A stretch of DNA of 64,000 nt, taken from positions 22,320,001-22,384,000 of the forward strand of contig OX597819.1 in NCBI GenBank assembly GCA_951406725.2, read 5' to 3'. Below, in pieces: positions 13,150 to 26,737 of the stretch. This DNA is from Octopus vulgaris. Lineage: Eukaryota. Position 1 is the stretch's first letter. Every line of letters begins with the position of its first letter. The notes below the pieces were generated by a model. That model was not told the origin of the DNA. It worked only from the letters and a program-made list of their open reading frames with translations, and did not search any database. Made by a program: the position numbers and the translations under genes.

Positions 13150-14353
13150 ACAGTCGTGAAGAGGAGGGGTTGTGTTGTGTCCGAAAGGAATTTGTGTTTG
13201 TAGACTGAAAAATGTAACGCTGTGCCAGTCGGAGTGTGTGGATCCGTGGTGCAGGGCGAGGCGAAAGACGAAGATATTAGAGGTGGAGTGGTGGGCCGTG
13301 GAGGCACAATGGCCCAGTGGTTAGGGCAGCGGACTCGCGGTCATAGGATCGCGGTTTCGATTCCCAGACCGGGCGTTGTGAGTGTTTATTGAGCGAAAAC
13401 ACCTAAAGCTCCACGAGGCTCCGGCAGGGGATGGTGGTGATCCCTGCTGTACTCTTTCACCACAACTTTATCTCACTCTTACTTCCTGTTTCTGTTGTAC
13501 CTGTATTTCAAGGGGCCGGCCTTGTCACTCTCTGTGTCACGCTGAATATCCCCGAGAACTACGTTAAGGGTACACGTGTCTGTAGAGTGCTCAGCCACTT
13601 ACACATTAATTTCACGAGCAGGCTGCTCCGTTGATTCGGATCAACCGGAACCCTCATCGTCGTAACCGACGGAGAATAGAAAAGGGGAGTGGTTGACCAA
13701 GCAGAAATGACGGGCGACGAGGGCGCTTGTGCGATGCCGAACATCTCGTAGATGTTCGGTGAACCAATCGGCTAGCCGACAGCCCGTTTGACCAACGTAG
13801 GGTTTATTACAGAGATTACATCTAAGGCAATAGATAAGGCCTGAAAAAGTAAAGGAGAAGGAGTTTCTATATATGCATATGTGGATACAGGATGTCACCA
13901 ACAGTAAACAACATGAAATACGAAAACAAATAAGTTGAATACCCAAATAACGAGAGAAATAAAAGGACGGAATGGAAGTCTCCTATCACTCTCTTCTATC
14001 TTTTCTCTTCTCAAAGAGAATATTTCTCTTAGCGTTCACTATTTCCCCTCTTTGAGGTCTAACCACCCGTTATTTTTGTTTTCGTTCGGTTTCCCTCCAC
14101 TATCCTGTTTTTTTCCCTAACTTTGGCCCTCCATAAATTCCAAAATTATATTTTGGTATTTATGGGAGCAACTGTCTTCGAAGTCTCATATTGTCATTGA
14201 TTACTCGAAATGGGGAGTAGATAGACATCCGACAACTGATGAAGAGCATTCTTTGTATTATTTGTCCTTTTTTCACTCGTTATTTGCTTATTTTATTCAT
14301 TTGTTTTCGGAATTCATGTTATTTACTGTTGGTTACGTCCTGTACCCATATAT

Positions 14354-14355
<2 letters not shown>
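13150..14355 (-). mobile_element. Penelope-like GIY-YIG endonuclease fragment interrupted by a SINE, with inverted terminal-repeat pair
   Basis: GLIYCLRCNLCNKPYVGQTGCRLADWFTEHLRDVR (ORF 13641-13946); C-terminal QRYIFSLQTQIPFG at about 13180-13220; inverted repeat about 13870-13968 / 14263-14353. Confidence 0.8.
13300..13673 (+). mobile_element. tRNA-derived SINE, apparently full length
   Basis: Head GGAGGCACAATGGCCCAGTGGTTAGG (A box) ... GGTTTCGATTCCC (B box) followed by about 300 bp non-tRNA body. Confidence 0.85.
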
Positions 14356-14405
<50 letters not shown>

Positions 14406-14486
14406 TGTTTGTAATTTTATTTAATTGAACGCAACGTATCCACTTCCAAGTAAGTATATACATGCACACATACATACATACATACA

Positions 14487-14551
<65 letters not shown>

Positions 14552-14559
14552 TCTGTAGT

Positions 14560-16075
14560 TTCAGCTCAGAGCTGCGGCCAAGCTGATGTTTTGCTACACT
14601 GTTATTACTGTAGAGCCTCCTCCAATATGTGGCACATGGTGAAGAATGGAGTTTGATATAGCTAACCTCTTTTGCACCTCTTGCCGTGATGTAGGTTCAT
14701 CTGTGATTCTCGACAGGAAGAGGTACAGATTTGATTTTAAAACGCCTTCATCTACTTTGCGCAGGTTCATTAGCCTCTTTGGGAGAATATTAAAAAGTTG
14801 TGGGCCCTTGAAACCCAGGCTGTTGCTGTAACTGCTCCTGAAGCACGATGGCGTTGGTGGGATCTTTGGCACTAAGCAGTGTCTTACCGTTCTGGCATTG
14901 GTGTAGCTTTCAGTGCCAAAATTTGGCACAATCACTTCCAGGATCTTCCAGATGTATATTACTGCATACCTCTCCCGCCTTCTCTCCAGGGAATAGAGTC
15001 TTAGCTGGTAGCGCAGGACTTGGAATTTTCCAGTACTAAACTGCATAATATTATCATCAGACCATCTGTAACTTGGGTCCAACTCCTACTGCAGATGTGC
15101 AACATCGCTGGGGTTCTGTATTTTCTGCGAAACTTTCGTATCGTCTGTGTAACTTGCAGGGGTGGCTTTCTGAGTTCTTCAGGTCATATCTGAGAGGGCC
15201 ACTCTAAAGACAGTCCCAAGACAGTGCCTTGTGGAACACCGTTCACTGTTCGTGTTTTCATTGAAGTGGCTCCGTTAGCCACTACTACCTGACTTCTATC
15301 TTTCAGAAAATCATGTGACCACTCTCCAAGTTCTCCAGCTATGTCGAGATCACGCAGTTTGTGGAATATCATACCATTATCCACCTTGTCAAAAGCTTTT
15401 GCAAAATCAAGGTATATTACGTCCACATTTGAGTTGTTGAGTAACTACCTCAACACCCAGTCATAATGTTGTAAGAGCTGGGTCAGGCAGCTCCTACCTG
15501 GTCGAAAGCCATGGTGGGTATATCTCAGTTATTTCCTTCAAGGAATGCAATTATTTTCCCTCTGACTATCCGTTCCATGACTTTGCTGATGTGTGAAGTC
15601 AAAGAGATAGGCCTATAGTTTTTGGCATCTGATCTGCTTCCCCCTTTATGGATTGGGCATATTATTCCCTCCTTCAGCTTGCTTAGCTGTCTGCCATTTG
15701 CAAGAAATCTCTGGAAGAGAATCTGGTGGGGTTTTGCCAGCGCATGCTTATACGATTTGAGCAGGATTGATGGGAATCCATCAGGACCAGCAGTTGAGTT
15801 TGTGTCCACTTCCACTATGGCTAGTGGTATATCTTCTTCGCTAATGTCAATGTATTCCATCGTAATTGCCTCGCTGGTTGTATGTGAAGCGGCAAAGAAG
15901 TCCACTGGTTCGTTCACTTGTCTGTGTTCCAACGGGGAAGTAAAGACACTTTTGAACTGATCATTCAGTACCACACTGATCCTAGTTGGACTGTCTGTGA
16001 GGGAGCCATTCTTTTGGAAGAGGGGTCCTATCTTTACGCGTACTAAGGCTGTTTCTTTCGCGTAAAGAAAGAAGG
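14560..16075 (-). mobile_element. CR1-like LINE reverse transcriptase fragment, decayed
   Basis: AGPDGF, NYRPISLTSHISKVMERIV, DVIYLDFAKAFDKVD, GVPQGTVLG, LYSLERRRER in broken minus-strand ORFs. Confidence 0.9.
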
Positions 16076-16079
16076 CCTA

Positions 16080-17600
16080 TGTTATGTTTAAGTTTGAAAA
16101 TATAAATTATTAGCAATATGTTATAGAGACGCAAGAAAGCAAATTTTGCGTTTGTTGAAAAAGTCGTGGGTATTCTACTACCTTTTTCCTTACTTCAACT
16201 GGATCCTTTTTAACGTTAAATAGAGACGTTAAGATGTAATATTCTGAGAGCTCGATTAATTTCACCTGCATCACTTTGTGAGTATTGCAAGCATCAACTC
16301 AATATGGTTGAATATCTGTGTAATATCATCTTCCGCTAAGTCAGTGAACTTTTCACAGTATTCTTCACTTAATTAATCCAGAACACCTGCATGTTCATCA
16401 ACGGTTTCAAACGGATCTTCGTGGTCATAAATAGCCTTAGCTAAATGAGGAAAGTGTACAGTTAAAATTTCATTTTAAAGGAAAAAATCTTTCAAAAAAG
16501 AAAGCTTTTTTCGGAAATGCTTGAACCTTTGCCACGTCATAAATTTTGTTTTACCCTACAAACAAATATTCAAGTCATTTTGCTTTGGCATGATATATCA
16601 AAGAAATACAGTATTTGTATAGAAATATTCATCTAATAATTCACATTGTTTATTCTGTTCCTAATAAATTTTATTATCTGCTTGCATAAAGAGAGATACA
16701 TCAAATGCACACCGAATACTTCATTGTTCAACCGCAGCACGTTATGTAAATAACGTAGCATTGTTGCATTGGTACGAATATAGTTAACAATATAGTTAAA
16801 AAAGTAGATTTTGCTGATGATATATAGGAGGAAAATTTATGAGAACATCTGGATCTAATACAACTTATCTAAGCAATAAATCTTTTACGTTTTCCAGTCA
16901 TGGAAGGAGTACCATCTGCACATACGTAAGAGTGAATTTGTTCTGTTACATTGGGGGATAACTTGTACTGCTGTTCAGTTATGGTTCTCTTCGAAAGAGG
17001 TAATTATTTATAGTTTGAAATCTTATCGGAGTTTGAGCATGCTTTGACTTCAGTAATACACTGTTTCACAATTCCCACATCCCTGAAAGGCTTACCTTTT
17101 TTCCTCAGTATAATAGCAACTGTGCAAGTTGCTTCTGTGACATAATTTTCAGATTTCGGCACAGACTGAAATAGCTGTATTTGCTTTTGTTTTCCATTCA
17201 TTAAATGTTTGCAGACCAAAATTTCGTGTCTCTTCCTCTAAATTAAAATATTTATTATCTTTATGAGTCGTATAGAGCTGATGAGCATTAAGTGTTAATG
17301 TCGTTATCGCAGTATCACAAAGAAAACAAACCTTCTTAACTTTCCAAGGTACAAATTAATACTGCAGTCCCTAATCTTCATTAAAGACCCTGTTTTCTTC
17401 CTGCATTGTGGTCTTGGTCTTTTTTTTTTTACATAAAAGTTTCCTTAGAATTTAAGAAATACGAATCTGCGATGATGCTGTGTAAGTATTGTCCCTTTTA
17501 ATAGAGAGTCACTATACATCACTGTCACAAGTGGACGAAACACTGTCATTCTGGAAAAGCCTTCACCGTTGCAATCTAGCCCGGTTGCCAGATAGTGCTA
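16080..17600 (-). mobile_element. hAT (Buster/SPIN/GTF2IRD2-like) DNA transposon fossil
   Basis: EATCTVAIILRKKGKPFRDVGIVKQCITEV; DNA similarity to 60780-62330 and 45280-45830. Confidence 0.75.
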
Positions 17601-17755
17601 TTAGCATAATTAAATTTCTCATTTTGTTCTTGATATCATTATTTACTTTGCTGTCTTAAACAACGAAAACCAAGACCCCATATCAAATATTCTTTTAGGA
17701 CTACTACCACCTACTATCTATTGCCTACTACTAAGACTTCACCAGAGTAAAAAAT

Positions 17756-17821
<66 letters not shown>

Positions 17822-17894
17822 GTAAAATGACAATTATAAAGAAAGAATGCAAAAGAAATATGGAAACTGATTTTATTAACTGAATTATTTTCTT

Positions 17895-18285
17895 CTCGAA
17901 GAACAAAACCGGAAATTTTGGGGGAAGGTGCCAGTTGATAAGATCGACCCCAATACGCAACCGGTACTTAATTTATCGACGCCGAAAGGATGAAAGGCAA
18001 ATTCGACCTCGGCGCAATTTGAACTCAGAACGTAATGACAAACGAAATACCTATTTCTTTATTATCCACAAGGGGCTAATCATAGAGGGGTCAAACAAGG
18101 ACAGACATAGGTATTAAGTCGATTACATCGACTCCAGTGCGTAAATGGTACTTAATTTATCGACCCCGAAAGGATGAAAGGCAAAGTCGGCCTCGGCGGA
18201 ATTTTGAACTCAGAACGTAAAGACAGACGAAATACCGTTAAGCTTGTCGCCTGGTGTGCTAACGATTTTGCCAGGTCGCCGCCTT
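17895..18285 (-). mobile_element. Tandem pair of tRNA-derived SINE units with Nin/Deu-like core
   Basis: Repeated ATCGACCCCGAAAGGATGAAAGGCAAAGTC...TTTGAACTCAGAACG (minus strand B box GAGTTCAAA). Confidence 0.85.
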
Positions 18286-18419
18286 GGATTTTATTAACTG
18301 AATTACCTTAAAGATGGAACGATATGTGCTCGGGGAAGACGATAGAGCGGGAAGGAGAATTCCATTTCATTAAAACTTGAGGAAGAACAATTTCTAGCAT
18401 TTTCTCTCTCACTTCACTT

Positions 18420-19780
18420 CATTTAATATTTTTGGATACACGTTCACCACTTTTTTTAATTTGCAGGTCTTTGCATTAGAAACATATCAAGATAAGCCTG
18501 CTTTTTCCTGCCTTCCAAAATGTTACGAAAATGCGCCAGAGCAGAGTCATTAAATTAAACAGCTGTACGATCTGTAGCTACTTTTACAGGATGATATTTA
18601 TCTACAAATTCAGAAACATACTGCGACTTTGCAAACACTGCATGTATGTCACTCGGCATTCTCCGCTACACTCTCCTCGGCATTCTCCGCTACACTGTCC
18701 TCCTTTGGGGAACCTATCTCTTCCACCGCATCCAAAGTTCATCTGTAGTCAGCTTCTCTGAGTGCTCCTCGATGAGATCGTTAATGTTCCCCATCAACCT
18801 CGACGCCCATGGACTTCCTATGAGAAACTATCTCTTCAACTACAGGTATCTCAGACTCAAACTCTTCGAAGACTTTTTCAGATACGCATTTAGACCACAG
18901 TTTCCTCCATGCAGAATCCAGTGTTCTCGTTACACCCTGCCAGGCTATATCGATGATTTTCAGGCAGTATACAATGCTGCAGTGCTCCTTTCAAAACTCA
19001 CGAAGGGTTAGATTTGTATTTCCGGTGAATCCAAAGGACCGAGGAAACAGGTGAAAGGTACGGAAAATAAATTTAAGAAGAATTGCCTGGCTACCCAGGG
19101 TTTAACGTTTGTCCTCCACATGACCTGCAGCTTCTCCTTCGGGATTTTGTGCGACTTGAACGCGCAGGGGTTTTCGGAACGGTAAACAAGGAGCATCTTA
19201 ATCTCCATGTCTCCACTCACATTGGCACGAAGGACGATATTTAGCCTGGAATTTTTTCTCGTCTAAAGATATGTATGTTCTGGGCATTTCTTTCCAAAAA
19301 AGGTCAGTTTCACCACAGTTGACTACCAGTTGTGTACCCTTCGGCTGCGATGAGCTGACGGAACTCACGCACGAAATCTTCAGCTGCTTTCGTGTCAGAA
19401 CTCGCTGCCTCTGTATACTTGACGACGCTATGAACACCAGTCCTCTTCTTTAAATTATGACAGCAGCCGCGACTGGTCTCATATGCGTCTGCTAATGTCT
19501 CCTCTATTGATGTTCCAGGGTTCTTATTCAGGAGATTTCCATACAGCGCCCGTGCTTTCCCGCAGATGATGGTCTATGTAATCGTATCCTCTGCGAGTTG
19601 CTTCAGGAGATGCAATTTTCCCGTCCTTTCGTGGACAGAAGTGAGTTACTTAGAGAGGCTGGAGACAGACACCCTTTACTACTGTAACAGCCTTCATCTC
19701 GTCGTTTTTCTTCAAGATGGTGCAAAACGTCGATATGCTTCGGTCGAATTCCCGTGCAATCATAATTCCATTATGATTCT
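18420..19780 (-). mobile_element. Tigger/pogo-like DNA transposon fossil (DDE_1 transposase)
   Basis: VVNCGETDLFWKEMPRTYISLDEKK and LLVYRSENPCAFKSHKIPKEKLQVMWRTNVKPWV. Confidence 0.8.
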
Positions 19781-19789
19781 CTTCTCTTT

Positions 19790-20190
19790 TCTTTACTACC
19801 CACAAGGGGCTAAACGCAGAGAGGACAAACGAGGACAGACAAACGGATTAAGTCGATTATATCGACCCCAGTGCGTAACTGGTACTTAATTTATCGACCC
19901 CGAAATTTATCGACGTCGGCGGAATTTGAACTCAGAACGTAGCGGCTGACGAAATACCTATTTCTTTACTACCCACAAGGGGCTAACACAGAGAGAACAA
20001 ACAAGGACAGACAAACGGATTAAGTCGATTATATCGACCTCAGTGCGTAACTGGTACTTAATTTATCGACCCCGAAAGGATGAAAGGCAAAGTCGACCTC
20101 GGCGGAATTTGAACCTAGAACGTAACGGCAGACGAAATACGGCTACGCATTTCGCCCGGCGTGCTAACGTTTCTGCCATCTTGTTGCCTT
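19790..20190 (-). mobile_element. Tandem SINE units, same family as 17895-18285
   Basis: Two units beginning TTTCTTTACTACCCACAAGGGGCTAAAC...AAGTCGATTATATCGACC. Confidence 0.85.
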
Positions 20191-20319
20191 GAAGAAGGCG
20201 TTCGCCACTCCAAATTATAGTTGGGATATTTTCTTCCTAAGTTCAATCTGCTACGATAATAGGGAAAAGCATGTAGTTATTTTACTCTCTAGTTCTGATG
20301 AAAAATTGGCTAAGAAAAA

Positions 20320-20404
20320 CTATAATGGAATATCCTGTATATTGAAAATATAGCAGCAGTCATGCTCTACTTGAGAAATAGTAAACAGTGTGACATGGGC
20401 TTCT
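20320..20404 (-). CDS. Putative terminal exon of Cys-rich gene copy A
   Basis: TTTGTTTTTCAG|AGAAGCCCATGTC, homologous to TTTCAG|GGAAGCCCATATC at 34526; reads (L)EAHVTLF...IPL* if spliced in phase 2. Confidence 0.4.
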
Positions 20405-20621
20405 CTGAAAAACAAAAAGACAAGCTCATTATAAATTTTTTTAAAAAGGTATTTTAAATGTATTAATGTTCAACTCGAAATCCTCAGATTTGTATTTTCA
20501 CTTCAAAGTTTGAGCTAAATTTAGAACAGAAGAGGAAATGTTGCAAAAAGGTCAACGCAACAATGATATTGAGAAAATGTAATATATGAAGTAATTTTAA
20601 TAGCTTCACATAAATACTCAC

Positions 20622-20772
20622 AGAGGTGAACATTTTCCGAGGAATTTCTTTTCGGCTCTAATGTCTGTAATTCCTTTATAGTCGCAGACGACAGACCAGC
20701 AAGACCCGCCGGCCCTGACGACACTCCATTTTGTACTTTTAGCAACACATCCACCATCATCCCACTTACAAT
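20622..20772 (-). CDS. Cys-rich exon, gene copy A: CKWDDGGCVAKSTKWSVVRAGGSCWSVVCDYKGITDIRAEKKFLGKCSP
   Basis: Acceptor TTTTCTTATCAACAACAG, donor GTGAGT, open frame, five Cys aligned with exons at 34151 and 52738; flanking introns homologous. Confidence 0.8.
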
Positions 20773-22385
20773 CTGTTGTTGATAAGAAAACATATTAATT
20801 ATTCTATTAAAACTATTTTTATGACATAATTATGCCTACACTAGACTTTGGCAAAATATCAGCAATTTCAGGGGAACTATGAAGTCGATTACAATGACTC
20901 TAATGTTTAACTGGGACTTATTTTATCGACCTGGAAGGGATCGAATGCAAAATCTAAGAGAAATTTAAATTCTTGTCAGAAAGGTAGAAAAAATTCCGAT
21001 AAGTGAATATGCCCGACGTGCTAACAATTTTGCCCTCTCATCGTTTCAGTTGGTGATATCCAGGTATATATGTTTATTTAACGTAAATTATTATTCACTT
21101 TTTTATATTGAGTTCATATTCCTAAATCGGAATAAAGTAAAATAATCGTTTTCATACCTTGTATGCAATCAAAGTACGTGTGATCACTTTAATTTGGTAC
21201 AAGAGAATTAGCATTTTACTACATCATTTATATGGTATATTAAATTCTGATAATTCTAAACATTTATTCTTTAAATATTTAAACGTACTATTCACTTCTT
21301 AATATATTTTTATAATTTATAATTTTTATATACACTTACTTGTAGGTTTTGTTAATAATTTTTAACTTTCTATATTTTATCCCAATCCTGTCCTTCTGCA
21401 GTCCCCTTTATAGGGCTGTTCTATATTTATTCCTTCTTAACTATCATTTATCACTCACTATATCCTATCAACTCCTCTATTAATAAAATATTAGCAATTT
21501 ATTGCATAACTTATATAATATTTTACTTCTATTAATTATAACCTTCTTTTCTTAATTCTTAATCTTAACACTTTATATATTTTACGCCAGTTTCTTTCTA
21601 TTCTGTAATTCATTCGGAATTTATTTTTCCTATATTTTCCTTATTCCTCTATTTCCTGTATTTTATTTATCTTCAATTCCCCGAAGCTATATTCGTTCAA
21701 AACGATCAGGGTTTGTAACTTTCTTGGCCATCTTTGTCTTCGATTCTAAATTCTACTTTACTGCTTTAACTCTTCAGGTCACACGCACCCCATTAACATT
21801 CTTCCTTTTTTGATTTCATTTTCCCTTTTATGTCTCACCATATCACATTCTAAGTCCACCAGGATACGTCCGCTGCTAACAAGTAGTTTACGGCATTCTC
21901 CTACTATCAACATCATCCTCTCCCAACACGTATCACAAATGTCATTATTCTGATAATTTTTAGTTCTTCTAAATATCCTCTCACTATACTTATTTGTTGT
22001 CTTTGTTATCAGTTTTGTCCGTCGTTTCTTGTGTCTGCCTAACGTTATCTCTAGAGGTAAATTAAAATAATTATATACCCCTGAAATGGTATTTGGTACC
22101 GGTGAGGATGTTGTACTGACTGACCTGTCTGAGAATATTTTTTAAAAAATTTTCTCTGATATAAGCAAAACAAAAATTAAAAGAAGAAAATGATTGGAAG
22201 ACATGCAATGTAAGAGTGCATTATTGATGAAAGTCTGATGAAGTGCCACACTAATGTCTAAAAGCGCTACTACTACGTAAATCTCCATTTCGATTATCGC
22301 TTAAGCTGGAGTCGCAAGAAGAGTTGGTACAGAAACAATTGTAGCGAAGCAGTGATCACTTGTTGAAAGATTGCTTCAACTTATT

Positions 22386-22530
<145 letters not shown>

Positions 22531-22534
22531 GTAT

Positions 22535-25500
22535 GGACGTGCTGTCACTTCGGCTCCGAAGGTAATCGTTTATTTTGACTATTTATATCCCATATTTTGT
22601 GTACATTTTTGCAAATAAGGTGTGTAAGGCACTCAACTTTCGTTTGAGTGCTTTTCCAAGGGAGGAATTCGCCCCTAGGGGCAGTTTCAACCCCATTTCA
22701 TTTCTGTAATTTTCTTCTCGACATTAGAAAATGTCGAGAAATTTTATTGTTAAACGCTGGTCGCGTTCCTTTATGGACCAGCATTTTCCTAGTTTGGAAA
22801 CGCTAGGAGAAGAAAAAAAGAACTCATGCACGCAAAGTGCAAACATGAATATCGTTGGAATGAATGCTGCAACCACGTGCGATAACAGCCCTGTCACCAC
22901 CACCACCACCACCACTAACAACAGCAACCACGAGACTACTACTGCTACCACCACCACCACCACCACCACCACCACGACCAACATAAATGATAAAAATAAA
23001 ACTCACACGAAAACTATTGACAAAAACAACAGCAACAACAAGAACAAGAATAAAAATGAACTATCTAATAGTGAAGATGTTAATATAACAGAATTAACAG
23101 CACCAACAAATTTCGCTGACACTCTGCGTCAGAAGAAACAGATTATAAATTTCACGAACGAAGAACTTTTAGAAACAAGATCTCTCTTTACAACCAGAGG
23201 GCAAGATTTAGTGCAACATACACCTCAACACATAAAGCAAGAAATATATAAAATTATAAGAAAAAACAAAAAACTAAATGAACAGATTACAAAAACAGAT
23301 GTAGAAAAATACTTAAAAAACATAATGAAAGAAAAAGAATATATAAACTGGGGTCCCCAGTTTAACACAGTAGTGGTCCGCTTCCCTAACCAGGAAGTGG
23401 CAAAAGCTCACTCTACTGAGTCTTTGGAAAATGATGATATCATCATGGTCCCATACTACAAAAATCAGAGAGTGAGTCGAATTACTATTAAAAATATACC
23501 CCCCGATATTCCTAACTATTGGATAACAGGGGCAATCTGTTATCATTTGAAAACTATCAATATTTTGGAAACCGCCGTGTACCTAAACGACAATTGGGGT
23601 GGAAAAACTATAGTGGTGACCATACAGATTGAGGGGGCCTCTATCGAGAGCCTACCGGATAAGATCCACTTTGAAAATGGGCAAAGCCTATATATTATAG
23701 CAGAAGGCAAAAAACCTAGATGCTACAACTGTGGCAGCCCCGAACATTTAATTGCCAAGTGCACTCTGGTACAGAAAAAACAAGAAAGAACAAATCAGAA
23801 AACAAATAAAAAACCCTTGTTGCCAACACCAACACCAACACCAACACACTCAATTATGGAACAATGCCAAGAAAAACAACAAACCAGCAAACAAACCCCA
23901 ACAACATCACCAAGAAAAGAAACAGTACCAACACAATCACCGTTGACGTCACAACCAATTCAACATGTTGAATCAACAAAAAATAGACCAACACCCACAC
24001 CGAGGACGACAATTAAAAAGACAGAAAACAGCGACGAGAAAACAAATTCTACCCCTAGCACCACAACAACACAAACACCGCACAAAACATCAACAATTTC
24101 TACAAGCATACATATGAACCCAAATGATTTGCCTCTACCCCATACTGATACGTCGGACGGCGAAAGTTCGACGGAATGGCAAATAGCCACAGGGGGTAAA
24201 AGGAAAAGATCCAAAAAATCCACCAAACAAGGAAGTAAAGCAGGGAGATATCTAACTCCGGACAACATCCCCCTAGACAATAAAAAAAAGCAATGAACCC
24301 GTAAAACCACACACACAACTAACTGCAATAGACACAGACAATAAAGAATTAATGGACTACATCACATCCAACACGGACATATGTGAAGATGACTTTAAGA
24401 CAAACAATCATCCGCACACCACACCACCGGAACACATCAGAGTTTTACACATAACACAAGCACAACACCACATACCGAAAACAATATTTCCGAATGCGGT
24501 AGGCGGGTTTCAACGATACCTGTCGAAAAAACTATACAAACACCTCATCAAAAACAATACAAAAGAAGAAGAAAAAATGAAACTTTTAAAATGAGTAAGT
24601 GACCTCCCCTCTTGCCTCTTGTCTCTTCTAATGTAGTGTGTAAAACATAATTTTCGTAAATGTCAAGTATGCTTAAATTAGGTTGTGTGAATGCGCGTGG
24701 CTTGGCGTCGGCTTGGAAGCAAGGTTACCTTCTAAACGACATCAAATCACTGAACGTGGATATAGTAGCTATCAGTGAAACCAGACTCAGTAAGCCGCGG
24801 GCCCTCGAGTCCATGTTTGGCAATCAATTTGACATTTATTTTTCTCCCTGTCTGCCGAACATGGGTGGTGGAGGTACCGCGGTGCTTTTTCGAAAGAGTC
24901 TAAATGTAAAAGTAAGAGCAATATTCCTAGACCCGGAGGGTAGGCTGGTTGTCTTGGACGTGGATGGCAGAAATGGGTGTGCATTCCGTCTGATGGCAGT
25001 TTATGCACCGTCCTTAACGGGTCGGGCGGATTTCTTCAGACGTCTAGAGGTTTTCCTGGGTACGTCTAGACCTTTACTGTTAGTAGGGGATTGGAACGCT
25101 ACCTTGGACACGCATCTAGATTATGTGGGAAGGGATAGGAATAGAAGGGGGTGTAAGAGCCTCAAATACCTGCTCAGACGTTTCCATTTGTCTGACAGGT
25201 TCCGACTCGACCATCCGAACGTGCCAACGTGGACTTGGACAAACCGCGTCGAATCGTCGAGATCTTATCTAGATAGAATTCTATGCAGGACAGCGGATAG
25301 GGATAGTGTAGGATGTCCACAATTTAAAATAGTCAGCTACACAGATCACAAATTTGTTACGTGTACGCTCGACTTAGATAAAACATATAGGCAGGGTCCC
25401 GGTTACTGGAAACTGAACACGTCGCTGTTAGCGCGACAGGTTTACAGGAACCGGATTAGCGAGTTAATTAAGAGGGCGCTGACGGGAGCCGTCGTTAACA

Positions 25501-26720
25501 ACCGCTGGTGGTACGCCCTGAAAATGGCAATAAAATCGGAATCAATTAGGTTTAGCAAGGAATTAGCGATAGAACAAAATAGAGTAGGGGGAGACTTGGT
25601 TAAGATACTAGAAGAGGCACTTACCACTGGCAGCGCAACCAACGTGCTGGCTGCGAGGATGGCCCTCGACCAACACCTCAACGCCAAGCACGAAGGTTGT
25701 GTCGTCAGAGCTAAAATGCGTGCCTTAAGGAACGAAGGGATCGAAGCTGCGCGGGAGGCCCGGGTAGCGGAGGCGCAGCGTGGCAACAGAGCCACCATTC
25801 GGTCTCTAATAGATCAACAGGGATGCAGTTTACTCGAACCCGAAAGGATGTGTGAGGCCTTTCAACAGCGCTTTGCTCGACTGTTTGGTGCGAGTGGTGG
25901 GTCGGAACCCGGGATGGATTTCAGTGCCTACCTGACCGACCTGCCGCGGAGAAGCGGAGTGTTGTGAAAGTCCTATCACAGCCGCTGACGTGTGGGATGC
26001 GATGGCGGGCTGCGCGAGGGATAAGTCGCCTGGATTGGATGGTTTACCCTACGAGCTGTATTGTCAAATGCCAGACTTGTTTGGCGATCTTGGCATCAGT
26101 CTACTGCAACTGGCAACAAAACGGGAGAATCCCCGGTTTCGTGAGCCGAGGTGCAGTGACATTGCTGAAGAAAGACCCAAACAAGGGTAAACTTATAGAT
26201 CATTTCAGGCCCATCACTCTGCTCAACGCAGATTTGAAAATTTTGGCCAAAGTAATAGCCGAGAGGTTGGCGCTTGTTATTGGTAAACTGGTCGACAGGG
26301 CGCAAACGTGCGCCGTGCCGGGAAGAACCATACATGACAACCTCCATATGATGCGCTACATTGTGGACAGGGTAGTTAAGGATCCTGGCATGGGTGGGGC
26401 GCTGATAAATTTGGATCAGTCTAAAGCCTTCGATAGGGTCGACCATCGGTACTTGGCGGCCGTCCTCAGGGCGGCTGGCTTCGGTCCCGTCTTCCGCGGT
26501 TGGATCGCTGCCTTGCATAGCGGCATCCGATCGGTGATTCGGGTGAACGGTCACCTGTCGAAACCGTTTGACATCACGCGTTCGGTCCGTCAGGGGTGTC
26601 CCCTGTCGGCACTTCTGTATGTATTGACTCTCGAGCCGCTACTGCGGAAGCTGGCGACACTGAGGGGCATCCCACGGGAACTGGGTTGCGGGACGAGCGT
26701 GTCGGCATATGCGGACGATG
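22535..26720 (+). mobile_element. L1/Tx1-clade non-LTR retrotransposon, 5' end present, 3' half of ORF2 missing
   Basis: ORF1 with CCHC knuckle followed by ORF2 with AP endonuclease and RT up to YADD. Confidence 0.92.
22731..24296 (+). CDS. L1/Tx1 ORF1 (RRM-like region, zinc knuckle, Thr/Pro-rich tail); likely continues by frameshift into 24352-24594
   Basis: RITIKNIPPDI, GKKPRCYNCGSPEHLIAKC, WQIATGGKRKR. Confidence 0.85.
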   Translation: MSRNFIVKRWSRSFMDQHFPSLETLGEEKKNSCTQSANMNIVGMNAATTCDNSPVTTTTTTTNNSNHETTTATTTTTTTTTTTNINDKNKTHTKTIDKNNSNNKNKNKNELSNSEDVNITELTAPTNFADTLRQKKQIINFTNEELLETRSLFTTRGQDLVQHTPQHIKQEIYKIIRKNKKLNEQITKTDVEKYLKNIMKEKEYINWGPQFNTVVVRFPNQEVAKAHSTESLENDDIIMVPYYKNQRVSRITIKNIPPDIPNYWITGAICYHLKTINILETAVYLNDNWGGKTIVVTIQIEGASIESLPDKIHFENGQSLYIIAEGKKPRCYNCGSPEHLIAKCTLVQKKQERTNQKTNKKPLLPTPTPTPTHSIMEQCQEKQQTSKQTPTTSPRKETVPTQSPLTSQPIQHVESTKNRPTPTPRTTIKKTENSDEKTNSTPSTTTTQTPHKTSTISTSIHMNPNDLPLPHTDTSDGESSTEWQIATGGKRKRSKKSTKQGSKAGRYLTPDNIPLDNKKKQ

Positions 26721-26737
26721 ACCGTGTCGTCGTGTGA
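24660..26737 (+). pseudogene. L1/Tx1 ORF2 (APE endonuclease + RT), frameshifted and truncated
   Basis: NARGL, ISET, GDWNA, SYLDRI, YTDH, GPGYWKLN; FRPITLLNAD.KILAK, LDQSKAFDRVDH, VRQGCPLS, SAYADD. Confidence 0.92.

Noticed and set aside
13300-13380. tRNA gene
   Set aside because: tRNA-like head runs into a SINE body; acceptor stem not intact
20521-20793. ORF-track 90-aa minus ORF
   Set aside because: Wrong frame; the conserved-Cys frame bounded by splice sites is 20622-20772
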